Shown here: in pieces, positions 1 to 8,137 of the stretch
How the letters are laid out: every line of letters begins with the position of its first letter
Numbering within the stretch: position 1 is the first letter of the stretch
Source: Candidatus Sigynarchaeum calidifontis
Lineage (GTDB): Archaea; Asgardarchaeota; Lokiarchaeia; Sigyniarchaeales; Sigyniarchaeaceae
Assembly (NCBI GenBank): GCA_030587475.2
Contig: JAUQYZ020000090.1
Span: 1 to 22,137, forward strand
Direction: 5' to 3'
DNA: 22,137 nucleotides
The notes under the pieces: generated by a model
What the model saw: the letters and a program-made list of their open reading frames with translations, nothing else
Told to the model about the DNA's origin: nothing
Database searches by the model: none
Position numbers and translations under genes: made by a program

Positions 1-1
1 G

Positions 2-241
2 CGAGGCGTTCAACCCGCTGAATCAGGTCGTATATCGGGAAGGATTAAAAAAATCATCGTCGCAGCAGAATCCTTGAGTCACGACACTGAAAGGAAACGG
101 ATCGTTTCCGAGAAAAATGATCCGTCCGCTCAGGAATTTTTCTTGAAGAAATACCGCATCATCTATCACATCCGCGACGAAGCAGTCGAGATCCCCACGA
201 TTCTTCACGGGAGTCGGGATTTATCGAAATTGAAGATATAG
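2..241 (+). CDS. ParE/RelE-family toxin, 5'-partial and possibly degenerate
   Basis: Not in the ORF track. Frame 2 is open from the window edge to TAG at 239-241 and reads ...RIKKIIVAAESLSHDTERKRIVSEKNDPSAQEFFLKKYRIIYHIRDEAVEIPTILHGSRDLSKLKI. This matches the ParE-type pattern GR.VPE...RE...YRIIY.I....V.I..I.HG.RD, with several conserved positions altered. Confidence 0.75.
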   Translation, partial: RGVQPAESGRISGRIKKIIVAAESLSHDTERKRIVSEKNDPSAQEFFLKKYRIIYHIRDEAVEIPTILHGSRDLSKLKI

Positions 242-288
242 AGCAGGAACCACGCTGATCTCTACAGTGCGACGAGGGCGCCGGTAAT

Positions 289-355
289 ATGATCGGTTGT
301 ACAAAAAAACATGAGGAATAGTAAATAAATCATGATGCATTATAATATTTCATGA
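289..355 (+). promoter_or_regulatory. Putative TA-operon promoter/operator
   Basis: TAAATAAA at 322-329, about 25 nt before ATG 352. ATTATAAT palindrome at 339-346. CATGA at 310, 331 and 351. Confidence 0.4.
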
Positions 356-576
356 GCGACATGACGACCATTCAAGTTTCGAAAAAGACAAAGGAAGCTC
401 TTGAAAAGATGAAGGTCTCTACCCGCGACTCGTATAACGACGTGATCGAGCAGCTCATCGAGGACGCCCAAGAATTGAGTGATCAAGCTATAAAGGATCT
501 CGAGGAAGCCCTTGCCGATCAAAGAAATGGCCGGGTTCTTTCCCACGAGGAGGTTGGAAAACGGATGGGTTTTTGA
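352..576 (+). CDS. Antitoxin (archaeal RelB-like, RHH-like N-terminus)
   Basis: 74 aa. N-terminal TTIQVSKKTKEALEKMK...SYNDVIEQLI, acidic middle, C-terminal GRVLSHEEV. Directly upstream of a RelE-like gene. Alternative start ATG 361. Confidence 0.85.
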   Translation: MSDMTTIQVSKKTKEALEKMKVSTRDSYNDVIEQLIEDAQELSDQAIKDLEEALADQRNGRVLSHEEVGKRMGF

Positions 577-828
577 ATGTTTCGAATCGAATGGACAGAG
601 AAGGCCTTCAAGCAATTGAGCAGGCTTCCTCGTGTTGTTGCAAAAACCATCTACAAGTGCGTGGGGGCGCTCGTGGAAAACCCGCGCGGGTCTAATGTAA
701 AAAAGCTTGTCGGAAGGCCTTTTTATCGCCTAAGGGTCGGAGATTACCGAGTTATCATCGACATCAAGGACCAGGAACTCGTGATCATGGTTCTCGAGGT
801 CGGGCATCGAAAAGGCATATATAAATGA
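577..828 (+). CDS. relE: RelE/StbE-family mRNA interferase toxin
   Basis: 83 aa, basic, with FRIEWTEKAFKQL...KKLVG..FYRLRVGDYRVI...V.VLEVGHRKGIY. Confidence 0.92.
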   Translation: MFRIEWTEKAFKQLSRLPRVVAKTIYKCVGALVENPRGSNVKKLVGRPFYRLRVGDYRVIIDIKDQELVIMVLEVGHRKGIYK

Positions 829-978
829 CCTGGACGACGATAAAATACCGGGTTGCCGGGGCATGCTGATATCTTCTAGTCATCCAGGACTCTACGATTC
901 GAGATCGGGTAAAGGTATATCTGCGTGAGTCGCGTGTTGTTGTTAGAAGCAGCGTCATCGATCACGCGGAGGCGACAC

Positions 979-1186
979 ATCACGAACGCGAGAACCATTC
1001 TCGGCGCCATGGAGCGCCATGCAACAGAGTTGAAGCGGTTTGGCATCGTCGAGGCCGTCTTGGTCGGCTCAGTTTTATTTGGAGAGCCTCCTCAAGCGGA
1101 AAGTCAACCTGTTCATCAAATCGGCATTGAAGCCCGCGTTGCGCCAATGCATCTTGAAGCGTGCCCGGCATATCGCGACCGATTAA
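979..1186 (+). pseudogene. Decayed minimal nucleotidyltransferase (MNT) antitoxin
   Basis: GGAGG at 968-972 is followed by ATC at 979 where ATG would be expected. Frame 1 reads TNARTILGAMERHATELKRFGIVEAVLVGS. From about 1070, frame 2 reads QFYLESLLKRKVNLFIKSALKPALRQCILKRARHIATD*, a typical MNT C-terminus. The DxD segment between the two is missing. Confidence 0.7.
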
Positions 1187-1375
1187 ATTGTATCTGCCAG
1201 GAAGAGATGCATAGGAGCTCATATGGGCAAGGATGGACCGAGGATCGATTAATCGCGGGAAATGAAAAACGTATTGGCTGGAATCGTCTACGAGCGATGT
1301 GGAATCGCGCCTGATTTAGACACCAACGCGCCGGGCTCTGAAACCAACAAGCGAGGATCTCATTCAGGGTCTCGG
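1187..1375 (+). pseudogene. Possible HEPN (DUF86-like) toxin remnant
   Basis: Fragments in shifting frames (IAG / MKNVL / GIVYE / MWN / LKPTSEDLIQGL) resemble the DUF86 C-terminus IAGMRNRL..YFGIDYEIVW...LP.LK..IE.IL. It lies directly behind the MNT remnant. No intact Rx4H motif. Confidence 0.4.
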
Positions 1376-1511
1376 CGCGGGTTTGGGTGATTTATCAAGC
1401 TTCTTTGCTTTGCCCGAAGGATGTTTTGCCGCGGGATCGTTCGCGGTGTCGCAAACATTCGTTGTCGCAGCCATTCACAAATACTTAAAGCAAAAGGAAC
1501 GATCGATCGCC

Positions 1512-2039
1512 ATGACGATCGTGGCACGGATCCATGCAGGTATCGTGCCGATGGTGCGGCCGATGGACGAGATCATTGACCGGGTATTCCTTGGTGACGA
1601 GGATGACGCGAGGAACGGCGCCCGGTTGAACGAAAAAGGAATCCGAGCGATCATCAACTGCACGACCCGTGTCGAGAACCACTTCGAGCGGCAAGGCATT
1701 GCCTACTTGCGCTTGATGCTGGAGGAGACCAGCCACATCACGCCTGCCATCGCGGCCAGCGTCCACGAGTTCGTGCAAGAGCACCGGCCGAGACATGGCA
1801 TCCTCGTACATTGCGCCGAGGGCGTGCAACGCTCGCCGTCCATCGTGATCTTGATATTGATTCAAGATCGTTTCTCGATTTTCGATGCATTCGAGCTTGT
1901 CGAGAAAAAATGTCGCTGGCCCATCTTGCCGGCTTTTGAAATGCTCGCGTCCATCGCGCGGCTCGATCTCAATGGCGAGCACGTCGACGAGGCGGCGGTC
2001 AAGCAGTATTACTGGGAACGCTTCCGGCTCCGCTATTAA
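1512..2039 (+). CDS. Dual-specificity (CX5R) protein phosphatase
   Basis: MDEIIDRVFLGD...GIRAIINCT...ILVHCAEGVQRSPSIVI. ATG 1512 is preferred over TTG 1383 because a TATA-like AAATACTTAAA lies at about 1479-1489. ATG 1551 or 1563 are also possible. Confidence 0.88.
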   Translation: MTIVARIHAGIVPMVRPMDEIIDRVFLGDEDDARNGARLNEKGIRAIINCTTRVENHFERQGIAYLRLMLEETSHITPAIAASVHEFVQEHRPRHGILVHCAEGVQRSPSIVILILIQDRFSIFDAFELVEKKCRWPILPAFEMLASIARLDLNGEHVDEAAVKQYYWERFRLRY

Positions 2040-2301
2040 CACGCGTCGGATCTCGAAAGACCTAGAAGTGCCAGGCATCGACATGCACGAGGCGGGCAGT
2101 GCTCGAGACGAAACCAAGACAGACGACAACCCGCGTGATGCCCTCATCCAAGACGACGAGAATGCCGGTTAAAGGCCGCCTCGGTGGCCTCGAGCTCCGG
2201 CGGAATGCACGTCGTTAACTTTTTGTTTCCGACGCGAGCTGATCTATTCGCTCGTCTCATATCGCTACCAAGCAATTTGATTCAACGCAGCGTGATGTTT
2301 C

Positions 2302-2973
2302 ATGCCGAAGAAACTTTTGAAAAATTACCTTTCTGCATCGGATAGACTTTCAGAAATCATGTTCGGGTTGATAATGGCCATGACCATAATCGGGGCGTCG
2401 AGAATCGCCTTGATATCAGGTGACGAGGAGATCAACGGGCGCGTCATCATTGCAGCGACCTTGGGCTGCAACATCGCGTGGGGGCTCGTCGATGGCCTCA
2501 TGTATATCTTCTCTTGCCTGATCGATCGTGGCAAATACAACGGGCTAATTGCTTCGGTCAAGAAGGAAAAGGAAGAAAAATCGGCGCTCGCCCTCATCGA
2601 CAAGGCCCTTGATTCTGCTATCATCGATGATCTCGATGAAGCGGAACGAAAGCAGTTATGTGCTACTCTATATAAAAAACTCGTCATGAAGGAACCGGGA
2701 AAGGTTCGCATCGCCATGGACGACGTGGCCGGGGCATTCGTCTGTTTCTTGCTCACGTTCTTCACGGCGTTCCTCATCGTCGTGCCGTTTTTCATCCCGG
2801 TGATCGCCTTGGGGATCAAGATGCTGCTATCCCGGCTCGTCACTCTCGCCATGCTCTTTGGGATAGGATATGCCTACGCGTCGCACACGGGCAAGGGGAA
2901 GGTGAAGACCGCCATCGTCATGGTCGTGTTAGGCCTGGTGATCACCGCGGTCATTATGGTGCTTGGTGGATGA
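2302..2973 (+). CDS. VIT1/CCC1-family membrane transporter (Fe/Mn)
   Basis: DRLSEIMFGLIMAMT and GCNIAWGLVDGLMY motifs. Two TMs, a soluble loop, then three TMs. Confidence 0.8.
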   Translation: MPKKLLKNYLSASDRLSEIMFGLIMAMTIIGASRIALISGDEEINGRVIIAATLGCNIAWGLVDGLMYIFSCLIDRGKYNGLIASVKKEKEEKSALALIDKALDSAIIDDLDEAERKQLCATLYKKLVMKEPGKVRIAMDDVAGAFVCFLLTFFTAFLIVVPFFIPVIALGIKMLLSRLVTLAMLFGIGYAYASHTGKGKVKTAIVMVVLGLVITAVIMVLGG

Positions 2974-3006
2974 AAAATGGAATGAAAACACGTGCGAATT
3001 CGATCC

Positions 3007-3015
3007 TTTTTTTTT
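3007..3015 (+). terminator. Oligo-T terminator candidate
   Basis: Run of 9 T about 35 nt after the VIT stop, in a convergent intergenic gap. Confidence 0.4.
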
Positions 3016-3036
3016 CAAAACAACACGATGTTCGGC

Positions 3037-4314
3037 TCAAGCGCCGAACGTTTTCAGCCGCAGCGTGAGCATCAAGATCAAGTTCATCATGTATATCGAA
3101 CGAAAGTTACCAAGCGAACCTTTCGCGCACGCCCGCTCGTTAAATCCCGTTACCAGGTCCCCGTCGTGGCCCGTGAACGGCCCGTAGGCAAGGATCGGAA
3201 CCGGGTGGCCCGAGTGATCCTTGATCTTTGCGGGGGTGGCATGGTCCGCCGTGATCACGATGGTATCCTTGGCATTCATCACGTCCAAGACTTTTTTCAG
3301 GTTCTTGTCGATTTCCTCTATGATGCGAACCTTCCCTTCCACGTCGCCGTCCTCGCCGGCGATGTCGGGGTCCTTGACGTGCAAGATCGTGATGTCGTGA
3401 TCCTTGAAGATCTCGGCTGCTTTCGCGAATTTCTTGGGGATGGTCTCGTCTTCTGGCATCACGGTTTCGATTCCGAGAAAGCGGGCCAGGCCGACGTAGA
3501 GCGGGAAACCGGAAACGAAGGCGGGGCTCGAAAACTCGTAGCGCTTTGCGAATGGCTGGGGATACTTGATCGTCCCGGCACCGCGGCTCAACAGGTGGTT
3601 CGCGGGAGCCAAGCCCCTCCTGACGCGTTCCTTGTTGTACGGGTGCTCCATCAGCAGCTTGTGCGATTCCGCAGTGAACCAGTTCATGAAGGCCGCCGTC
3701 TTCCGGGCAAGTGGATCGTTTTTCATGGCCTGGATGACGTGGACCTCCTCGAACCCTTTTGGATCGGCGCGGGGATCCGAGCCGTCGATCCACGACGACG
3801 CGTTCTTGATCGTGATGACCCCGCGATAGCCTTTGGTGGGATGCAACGTCCACTGCAACCCGTCCCAATCGCGCGGCATGTTGTCGTTGAGGTATTTGAA
3901 TAGCGTGGCCGCATCCTCGGTCTCGATCCTGCCGGCCCGCCGGTCGAGCACGATTTTCGTCCCAGGATCCACGGTAGCGAAATTCAGGCGGATGATCACG
4001 TCCCCCTCGTCCGTCGGGACACCCTCGCCGAGCGCTTCTAATGGCCCCCGGCCGATGTAATTCTCGAGCGGGTTGTAACCGAGCAGTGCGAGGTGTGCTG
4101 GCCCGGATCCAAGGGGAGTCCACGGCACGTATGGCCAGACCATCCCGTTCTGCCCTTTCTTCGCGAGCTCGTCGAGATTGGGCTTGTCGGCGTACTCGAG
4201 GGGGGTCTTGTTTCCCAGGCTCTCGACGGGGACGTCTGCCAAGCCATCGAGGATGATGAGCATGACGTTGTACTGGCTGGGCCTTGGAAAAACGATTGTT
4301 CCAAATAAATCCAT
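3037..4314 (-). CDS. apgM: 2,3-bisphosphoglycerate-independent phosphoglycerate mutase, archaeal type
   Basis: LIILDGLAD...KTPLEYADKPNLD, GSGPAHLALLGY, GRGPLEALG, DRRAGRI, HVKDPDIAGEDGD, ITADHATP, HSGHPVP. Confidence 0.93.
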   Translation of the reverse strand: MDLFGTIVFPRPSQYNVMLIILDGLADVPVESLGNKTPLEYADKPNLDELAKKGQNGMVWPYVPWTPLGSGPAHLALLGYNPLENYIGRGPLEALGEGVPTDEGDVIIRLNFATVDPGTKIVLDRRAGRIETEDAATLFKYLNDNMPRDWDGLQWTLHPTKGYRGVITIKNASSWIDGSDPRADPKGFEEVHVIQAMKNDPLARKTAAFMNWFTAESHKLLMEHPYNKERVRRGLAPANHLLSRGAGTIKYPQPFAKRYEFSSPAFVSGFPLYVGLARFLGIETVMPEDETIPKKFAKAAEIFKDHDITILHVKDPDIAGEDGDVEGKVRIIEEIDKNLKKVLDVMNAKDTIVITADHATPAKIKDHSGHPVPILAYGPFTGHDGDLVTGFNERACAKGSLGNFRSIYMMNLILMLTLRLKTFGA

Positions 4315-4354
4315 TATTCCTTAACCTCGTGTTGAATAAGGTAACATCCCAACG

Positions 4355-4367
4355 TTTCTATATAAAA
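4355..4367. promoter_or_regulatory. TATA box in the apgM / membrane-protein divergent gap
   Basis: TTTCTATATAAAA reads TTTTATATAG on the minus strand, about 45 nt upstream of apgM. GAGGTTAAGG precedes the apgM ATG. Confidence 0.5.
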
Positions 4368-4485
4368 CATTCGCTTTTCATCGGGTCACCCCATGGCTTC
4401 CATGGTACCCTTCGATGGTCTTGGTCGGCCTGGTCGTTAGCGTTAAAAACCGTGCGATGCAATTACTGAGCGAGGAACGCCACCG

Positions 4486-5118
4486 ATGACGGAGACCCTA
4501 TTTGACGCGATAGGCAATTCCATTGGCTCGCCGGAAACAGCTTGGAGCAGGCTTTCGACCCACAAGGCCACCCGCGGGATCATGATCGTCGTCGGGTTGT
4601 TTTCTTTCTCGCGACTCGTCACGGTCATCCTGGACGTGCATCGATTTGCCTTGGGCGGGTCCCTCGACCAGGACACGTTGGACATGATCCTCGGCACGAT
4701 CGCGCGGGGAAGCATCTGGCATTCCCTCGTCATTGCCTCGTGCGGTATCGCCGTGATCATCGCCGGGTGCATGGCAACCGCCGTGGCGATCTCGAAAGCG
4801 GGGCGACATGGCACTTTCGGTCGCGTTTTCCTCGAGCTCATCGTCGCGACGACGATACGATTGCCGATCATCGCCGGGTCCGCGCTGATCGCCTTGTTTC
4901 TGACAGGCACGGTATACATCACGGAGGACACGGCTTCCTTGGCCACATGGATAGCTGGATTCGCAGTCGCCCTGCTCGAGATCTGGCGCGTGGCCGGTAA
5001 AGTCGCCGCGCGAAACGAGGTCCGTCCTCGTGTTGGTTTCATCGTCGCGATGCTTTCTTCCGTCATCATGGCCGCGATAACGATCGGCATCGTCTACTTG
5101 ATCGGGGGTCTTGGCTAG
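4486..5118 (+). CDS. Multi-pass membrane protein (Yip1-like layout)
   Basis: 210 aa with about 5 hydrophobic segments and an N-terminal SIGSPETAWSRL reminiscent of Yip1 P..aF..l. Its stop abuts the GH10 start. Confidence 0.6.
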   Translation: MTETLFDAIGNSIGSPETAWSRLSTHKATRGIMIVVGLFSFSRLVTVILDVHRFALGGSLDQDTLDMILGTIARGSIWHSLVIASCGIAVIIAGCMATAVAISKAGRHGTFGRVFLELIVATTIRLPIIAGSALIALFLTGTVYITEDTASLATWIAGFAVALLEIWRVAGKVAARNEVRPRVGFIVAMLSSVIMAAITIGIVYLIGGLG

Positions 5119-6480
5119 ATGGCTGCCCATTCCGGAAGCACGCGGCGTTTCAAGCTGCTCGGTGCGGCGTGGATCATCGTATCGATGGCCTTTCTCGCCT
5201 TCACCGTTATCGATAGCATCACGCCTTACGATGTCTGGGCGCGGGCCGAGGACGAGCGGCTTCTCGCGGAGGCGAGGAACCGGATCCAAGCTATCCGACG
5301 AGGGCGCGTGACGCTGGATTTCGGCACCGGGAACGCGAGCAGGGCCGTGACCATCACGCAACTGACGCACGCGTTTAAATTTGGCTGCAATGCGTTCTCC
5401 TACAACTACACGTACACCGGCGGCGCGTTCAACGCCACGCTGAACGAGACTTACGTGTCACATTTCTCCCGGCTGTTCAACTACGCGACGCTCCCGTTCT
5501 ACATGAAGGCGTACACGGCACGGCAAGCCAAGCTCAAGGAGATGACGGCCATGTTACATGCCAAGAACATCGACGTGAAAGGCCACCCGGTCATCTGGCA
5601 ATTGACCAAGCAGATACCCGACGAGATCGAGTTCAGCACGAATGCCACCTATCGGAAGCAATGGACGGAGCAGCACATCGAGAACGTGCTTTTAAACCAC
5701 ACGAACATCAAGATCTGGGATTTGGTCAACGAGATGACGCACGTGCAGAACATCTTGCTTGGATCCACGGCCGTGGAGACATGGGAAAATGCCGTCGCGA
5801 AAGCACGATCCGTCCGAAGTGATTGCACCTTCATCGCCAATGAATTCGACACGATACAGCCCGGCGATGCGGCGATATCGAACAACGATGCCCGGGTATT
5901 CTACGATTTCGTCGATCAAGTCGTGCGGGATGGATATGCACCGGACGCGCTCGGCTTCCAAGGCCACGAGTGGATGACCGCGTGGGTGCCGATGAAGGAC
6001 GTGGTCGACACGTTCGATTCCTTCGGCCGGTTCAAGATCCCCCTCCACATCACCGAATTCGACCCTGGTAGCAAGGAATACTACGGCGGGAAGCGTTCGA
6101 TCCGCCGCGGGCCCATGACAGAAGCATCGCAAGCCGAGCTCGCGGTAAAAGCGTACACGATGTTTTTCTCGCACCCGGCTGTCGATGCGATCACCTGGTG
6201 GTCGTTTCTTGAAGACCCGTGGTGGCGGCCCGAGCTCGGCGATTACATGATGTCTGGCAACGGGCGCATCTTGCCCGTGTACCACGCCCTCTACGACTTG
6301 ATCCACGTGCAATGGAACTCGTCGACGACAATCATGCTCGATAGTGCCGGTCGATGCACGTTCACCGGCTTCTATGGCAACTACACTGCCACGATTGACG
6401 GCTCGCCCCCGGTTCCGTTTGCGATTATCGACACGAGGACGCCCTCCCAGCGGCCGTGGACAACGAGGGACGTGATCTGA
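5119..6480 (+). CDS. GH10 endo-1,4-beta-xylanase-like glycoside hydrolase with N-terminal membrane anchor
   Basis: HAFKFGC, KGHPVIW, WDLVNE (acid/base), GFQGH, LHITEFD (nucleophile), FFSHPAVDAITWW, FTGFYGNY. Hydrophobic segment at about aa 13-31. Confidence 0.9.
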   Translation: MAAHSGSTRRFKLLGAAWIIVSMAFLAFTVIDSITPYDVWARAEDERLLAEARNRIQAIRRGRVTLDFGTGNASRAVTITQLTHAFKFGCNAFSYNYTYTGGAFNATLNETYVSHFSRLFNYATLPFYMKAYTARQAKLKEMTAMLHAKNIDVKGHPVIWQLTKQIPDEIEFSTNATYRKQWTEQHIENVLLNHTNIKIWDLVNEMTHVQNILLGSTAVETWENAVAKARSVRSDCTFIANEFDTIQPGDAAISNNDARVFYDFVDQVVRDGYAPDALGFQGHEWMTAWVPMKDVVDTFDSFGRFKIPLHITEFDPGSKEYYGGKRSIRRGPMTEASQAELAVKAYTMFFSHPAVDAITWWSFLEDPWWRPELGDYMMSGNGRILPVYHALYDLIHVQWNSSTTIMLDSAGRCTFTGFYGNYTATIDGSPPVPFAIIDTRTPSQRPWTTRDVI

Positions 6481-6636
6481 TGCCGTGATGGGCGGGCGTG
6501 GTGGCTGCCATCGTCGCAACATGGCCGAACTCGGCGACCCTGGTTTCCGGCCGGATGGAACGTTCTCGTCGGCCAACGAGATGCTGGTTGAAAAGGAAAG
6601 CTTCTTGATGAAAATCATTGGGATGTCAACCGAGGT

Positions 6637-7587
6637 GTGATCGTGGACGTGCCGATCTGTGCAAGCTGCGGGCGACCCATCCGTTCGTCGTTCGTCAAGG
6701 CATTGGGAAAAACATGGCATCCCGAACACTTTACATGCGCGGCCTGTGGAAGGTCACTCGTGGATAGTCCGTATTTTGAAAGGGCCGGCAAATTATATTG
6801 TCAACTCGATTTCAAGAACCTGGTCGGCGTGAAGTGCGCCGTGTGCGGTGATGTTATCGAGGGCACTTTCCTCAAGAATTATTGGGGGGACGTCTATCAT
6901 GCACGCCACCAGAACGATCTCCCTTCCTGCTTCAATTGTGGCCGTCCCATCAGCACGTTGCTCACGCGCGGCGGCGTGGACTTCGGCGATGGACGATATT
7001 GCTGCAATCTCTGCGTGCCCAAGATTCTCGGGGAGCGCGAGGTCAACGAGCGCGTGCTTCCTCGTATCGTTGAATTTTTCAAGAATTACGAGTTACCGCT
7101 CACCGATCTCGTCCAGGGCGTGCCCGTGCGTCTCGTCGACGCGCGCCAGATGGCAAGGCAAGCCGCGAGCGACTCCTTGCACCCCGTCACTGGCTTGATA
7201 AAGAAGGTCGTCCGGGTCGAGACGCGGGGCTCGATGCAAGTCCAGTCCAAGCGGATCGAGGAGATCCTCCTCTTGAAAGGGCTCACGGAAATCGCCGCTT
7301 CCGGCGTGCTCGCCCACGAGGTCGGCCACGCTTACATGTTCGCCCACGACTTTCCGCCGCTCCCGCCCGTGGTGGAGGAGGGCATGGCCGAGATCTTCTC
7401 GTTCTTGTGGCTCCGGAGTCGTAAAGGGCCAGAAGTCGCGTACCGGCTCGATCTCATCGAGGCGAACGATAGCCCGATCTATGGCGAGGGGTACAAGACC
7501 GCGCGGAAGTACATGTCGGAAAAAGGATTCTGGGCGCTGTTAAGATACGTGAAGGAACACGCCCGATTTCCCCCGCTTCATGCTTGA
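6637..7587 (+). CDS. LIM domain + DA1-like zinc metallopeptidase
   Basis: LIM: CASC-x16-HPEHFTCAAC-x17-CQLD. LIM-like: CAVC...YWGDVYHARH...CFNC...DGRYCCNLC. Peptidase: LAHEVGHA, VEEGMAE, SPIYGEGY. GAGGTG at 6632-6637 favours the GTG at 6643 as start. Confidence 0.88.
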   Translation: MIVDVPICASCGRPIRSSFVKALGKTWHPEHFTCAACGRSLVDSPYFERAGKLYCQLDFKNLVGVKCAVCGDVIEGTFLKNYWGDVYHARHQNDLPSCFNCGRPISTLLTRGGVDFGDGRYCCNLCVPKILGEREVNERVLPRIVEFFKNYELPLTDLVQGVPVRLVDARQMARQAASDSLHPVTGLIKKVVRVETRGSMQVQSKRIEEILLLKGLTEIAASGVLAHEVGHAYMFAHDFPPLPPVVEEGMAEIFSFLWLRSRKGPEVAYRLDLIEANDSPIYGEGYKTARKYMSEKGFWALLRYVKEHARFPPLHA

Positions 7588-7610
7588 ACCAGTTCAGCGA
7601 TTCTTTCTGG

Positions 7611-8066
7611 CTATTCGAGGAGCTCGAGGATCACCTTCAGCGTGCCGGTCGCGTCGAGGTACGTGTATTGGCCGCCACGGAACTCGCCGTGCTGGGCAAC
7701 GCTCACGCCTTTGCCCGCGAGCGCGTTTACTTTCCCCTTCGTGTCCTTCACCTTGAAGGCTATGTGGTGCACGCCTTCGCCGTGCGTGTCGAGCCATTCC
7801 TTCCACGTGCTCGGGCCGCCGATAGGCTCGATCAGCTCGAGCGCGATGTTCTTGAACCGGAAAAAAGCGAGCTTGGCGCGCGCATCCGTCGGTGCACCCT
7901 TGAATTCTGCATGCGTCTCATCGCGAGGCCCCGTCGTGCTGATGGACGGCTTTTTCACGCCGAAGAAATCTGCATAGGCCGCGGCGGTTTTCTCGATGTC
8001 TTTCACCACGATGCATATCTGCGTTATTTCCTTCGTGCCCAGGATGTTTTTTTTCGAAATCATCAT
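7611..8066 (-). CDS. VOC/glyoxalase family protein (methylmalonyl-CoA epimerase-like fold)
   Basis: ITQICIVVKDIEK, LELIEPIGGPSTW, GEGVHHIAFKV, ILELLE. GAGGGTGA SD upstream. Confidence 0.88.
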   Translation of the reverse strand: MMISKKNILGTKEITQICIVVKDIEKTAAAYADFFGVKKPSISTTGPRDETHAEFKGAPTDARAKLAFFRFKNIALELIEPIGGPSTWKEWLDTHGEGVHHIAFKVKDTKGKVNALAGKGVSVAQHGEFRGGQYTYLDATGTLKVILELLE

Positions 8067-8137
8067 GATTTCACCCTCTTGTCTTGCTGATTCGCCATCA
8101 TCTCATCTCAAATCATGTCCCAAAATGGGCTTCTTGT

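Noticed and set aside
925-1314. 129-aa ORF as an intact gene
   Set aside because: Better explained as joined MNT and HEPN pseudogene fragments.
2173-2190. Short GC hairpin AGGCCGC-ctcg-GTGGCCT
   Set aside because: A 7-bp stem in GC-rich DNA with no adjacent U-tract; not distinguishable from chance.
2992-3903. 303-aa plus-strand ORF antisense to apgM (also 3140..4123 in another frame)
   Set aside because: Shadow ORFs expected in high-GC coding DNA; no motifs, and they fully overlap a confident gene.
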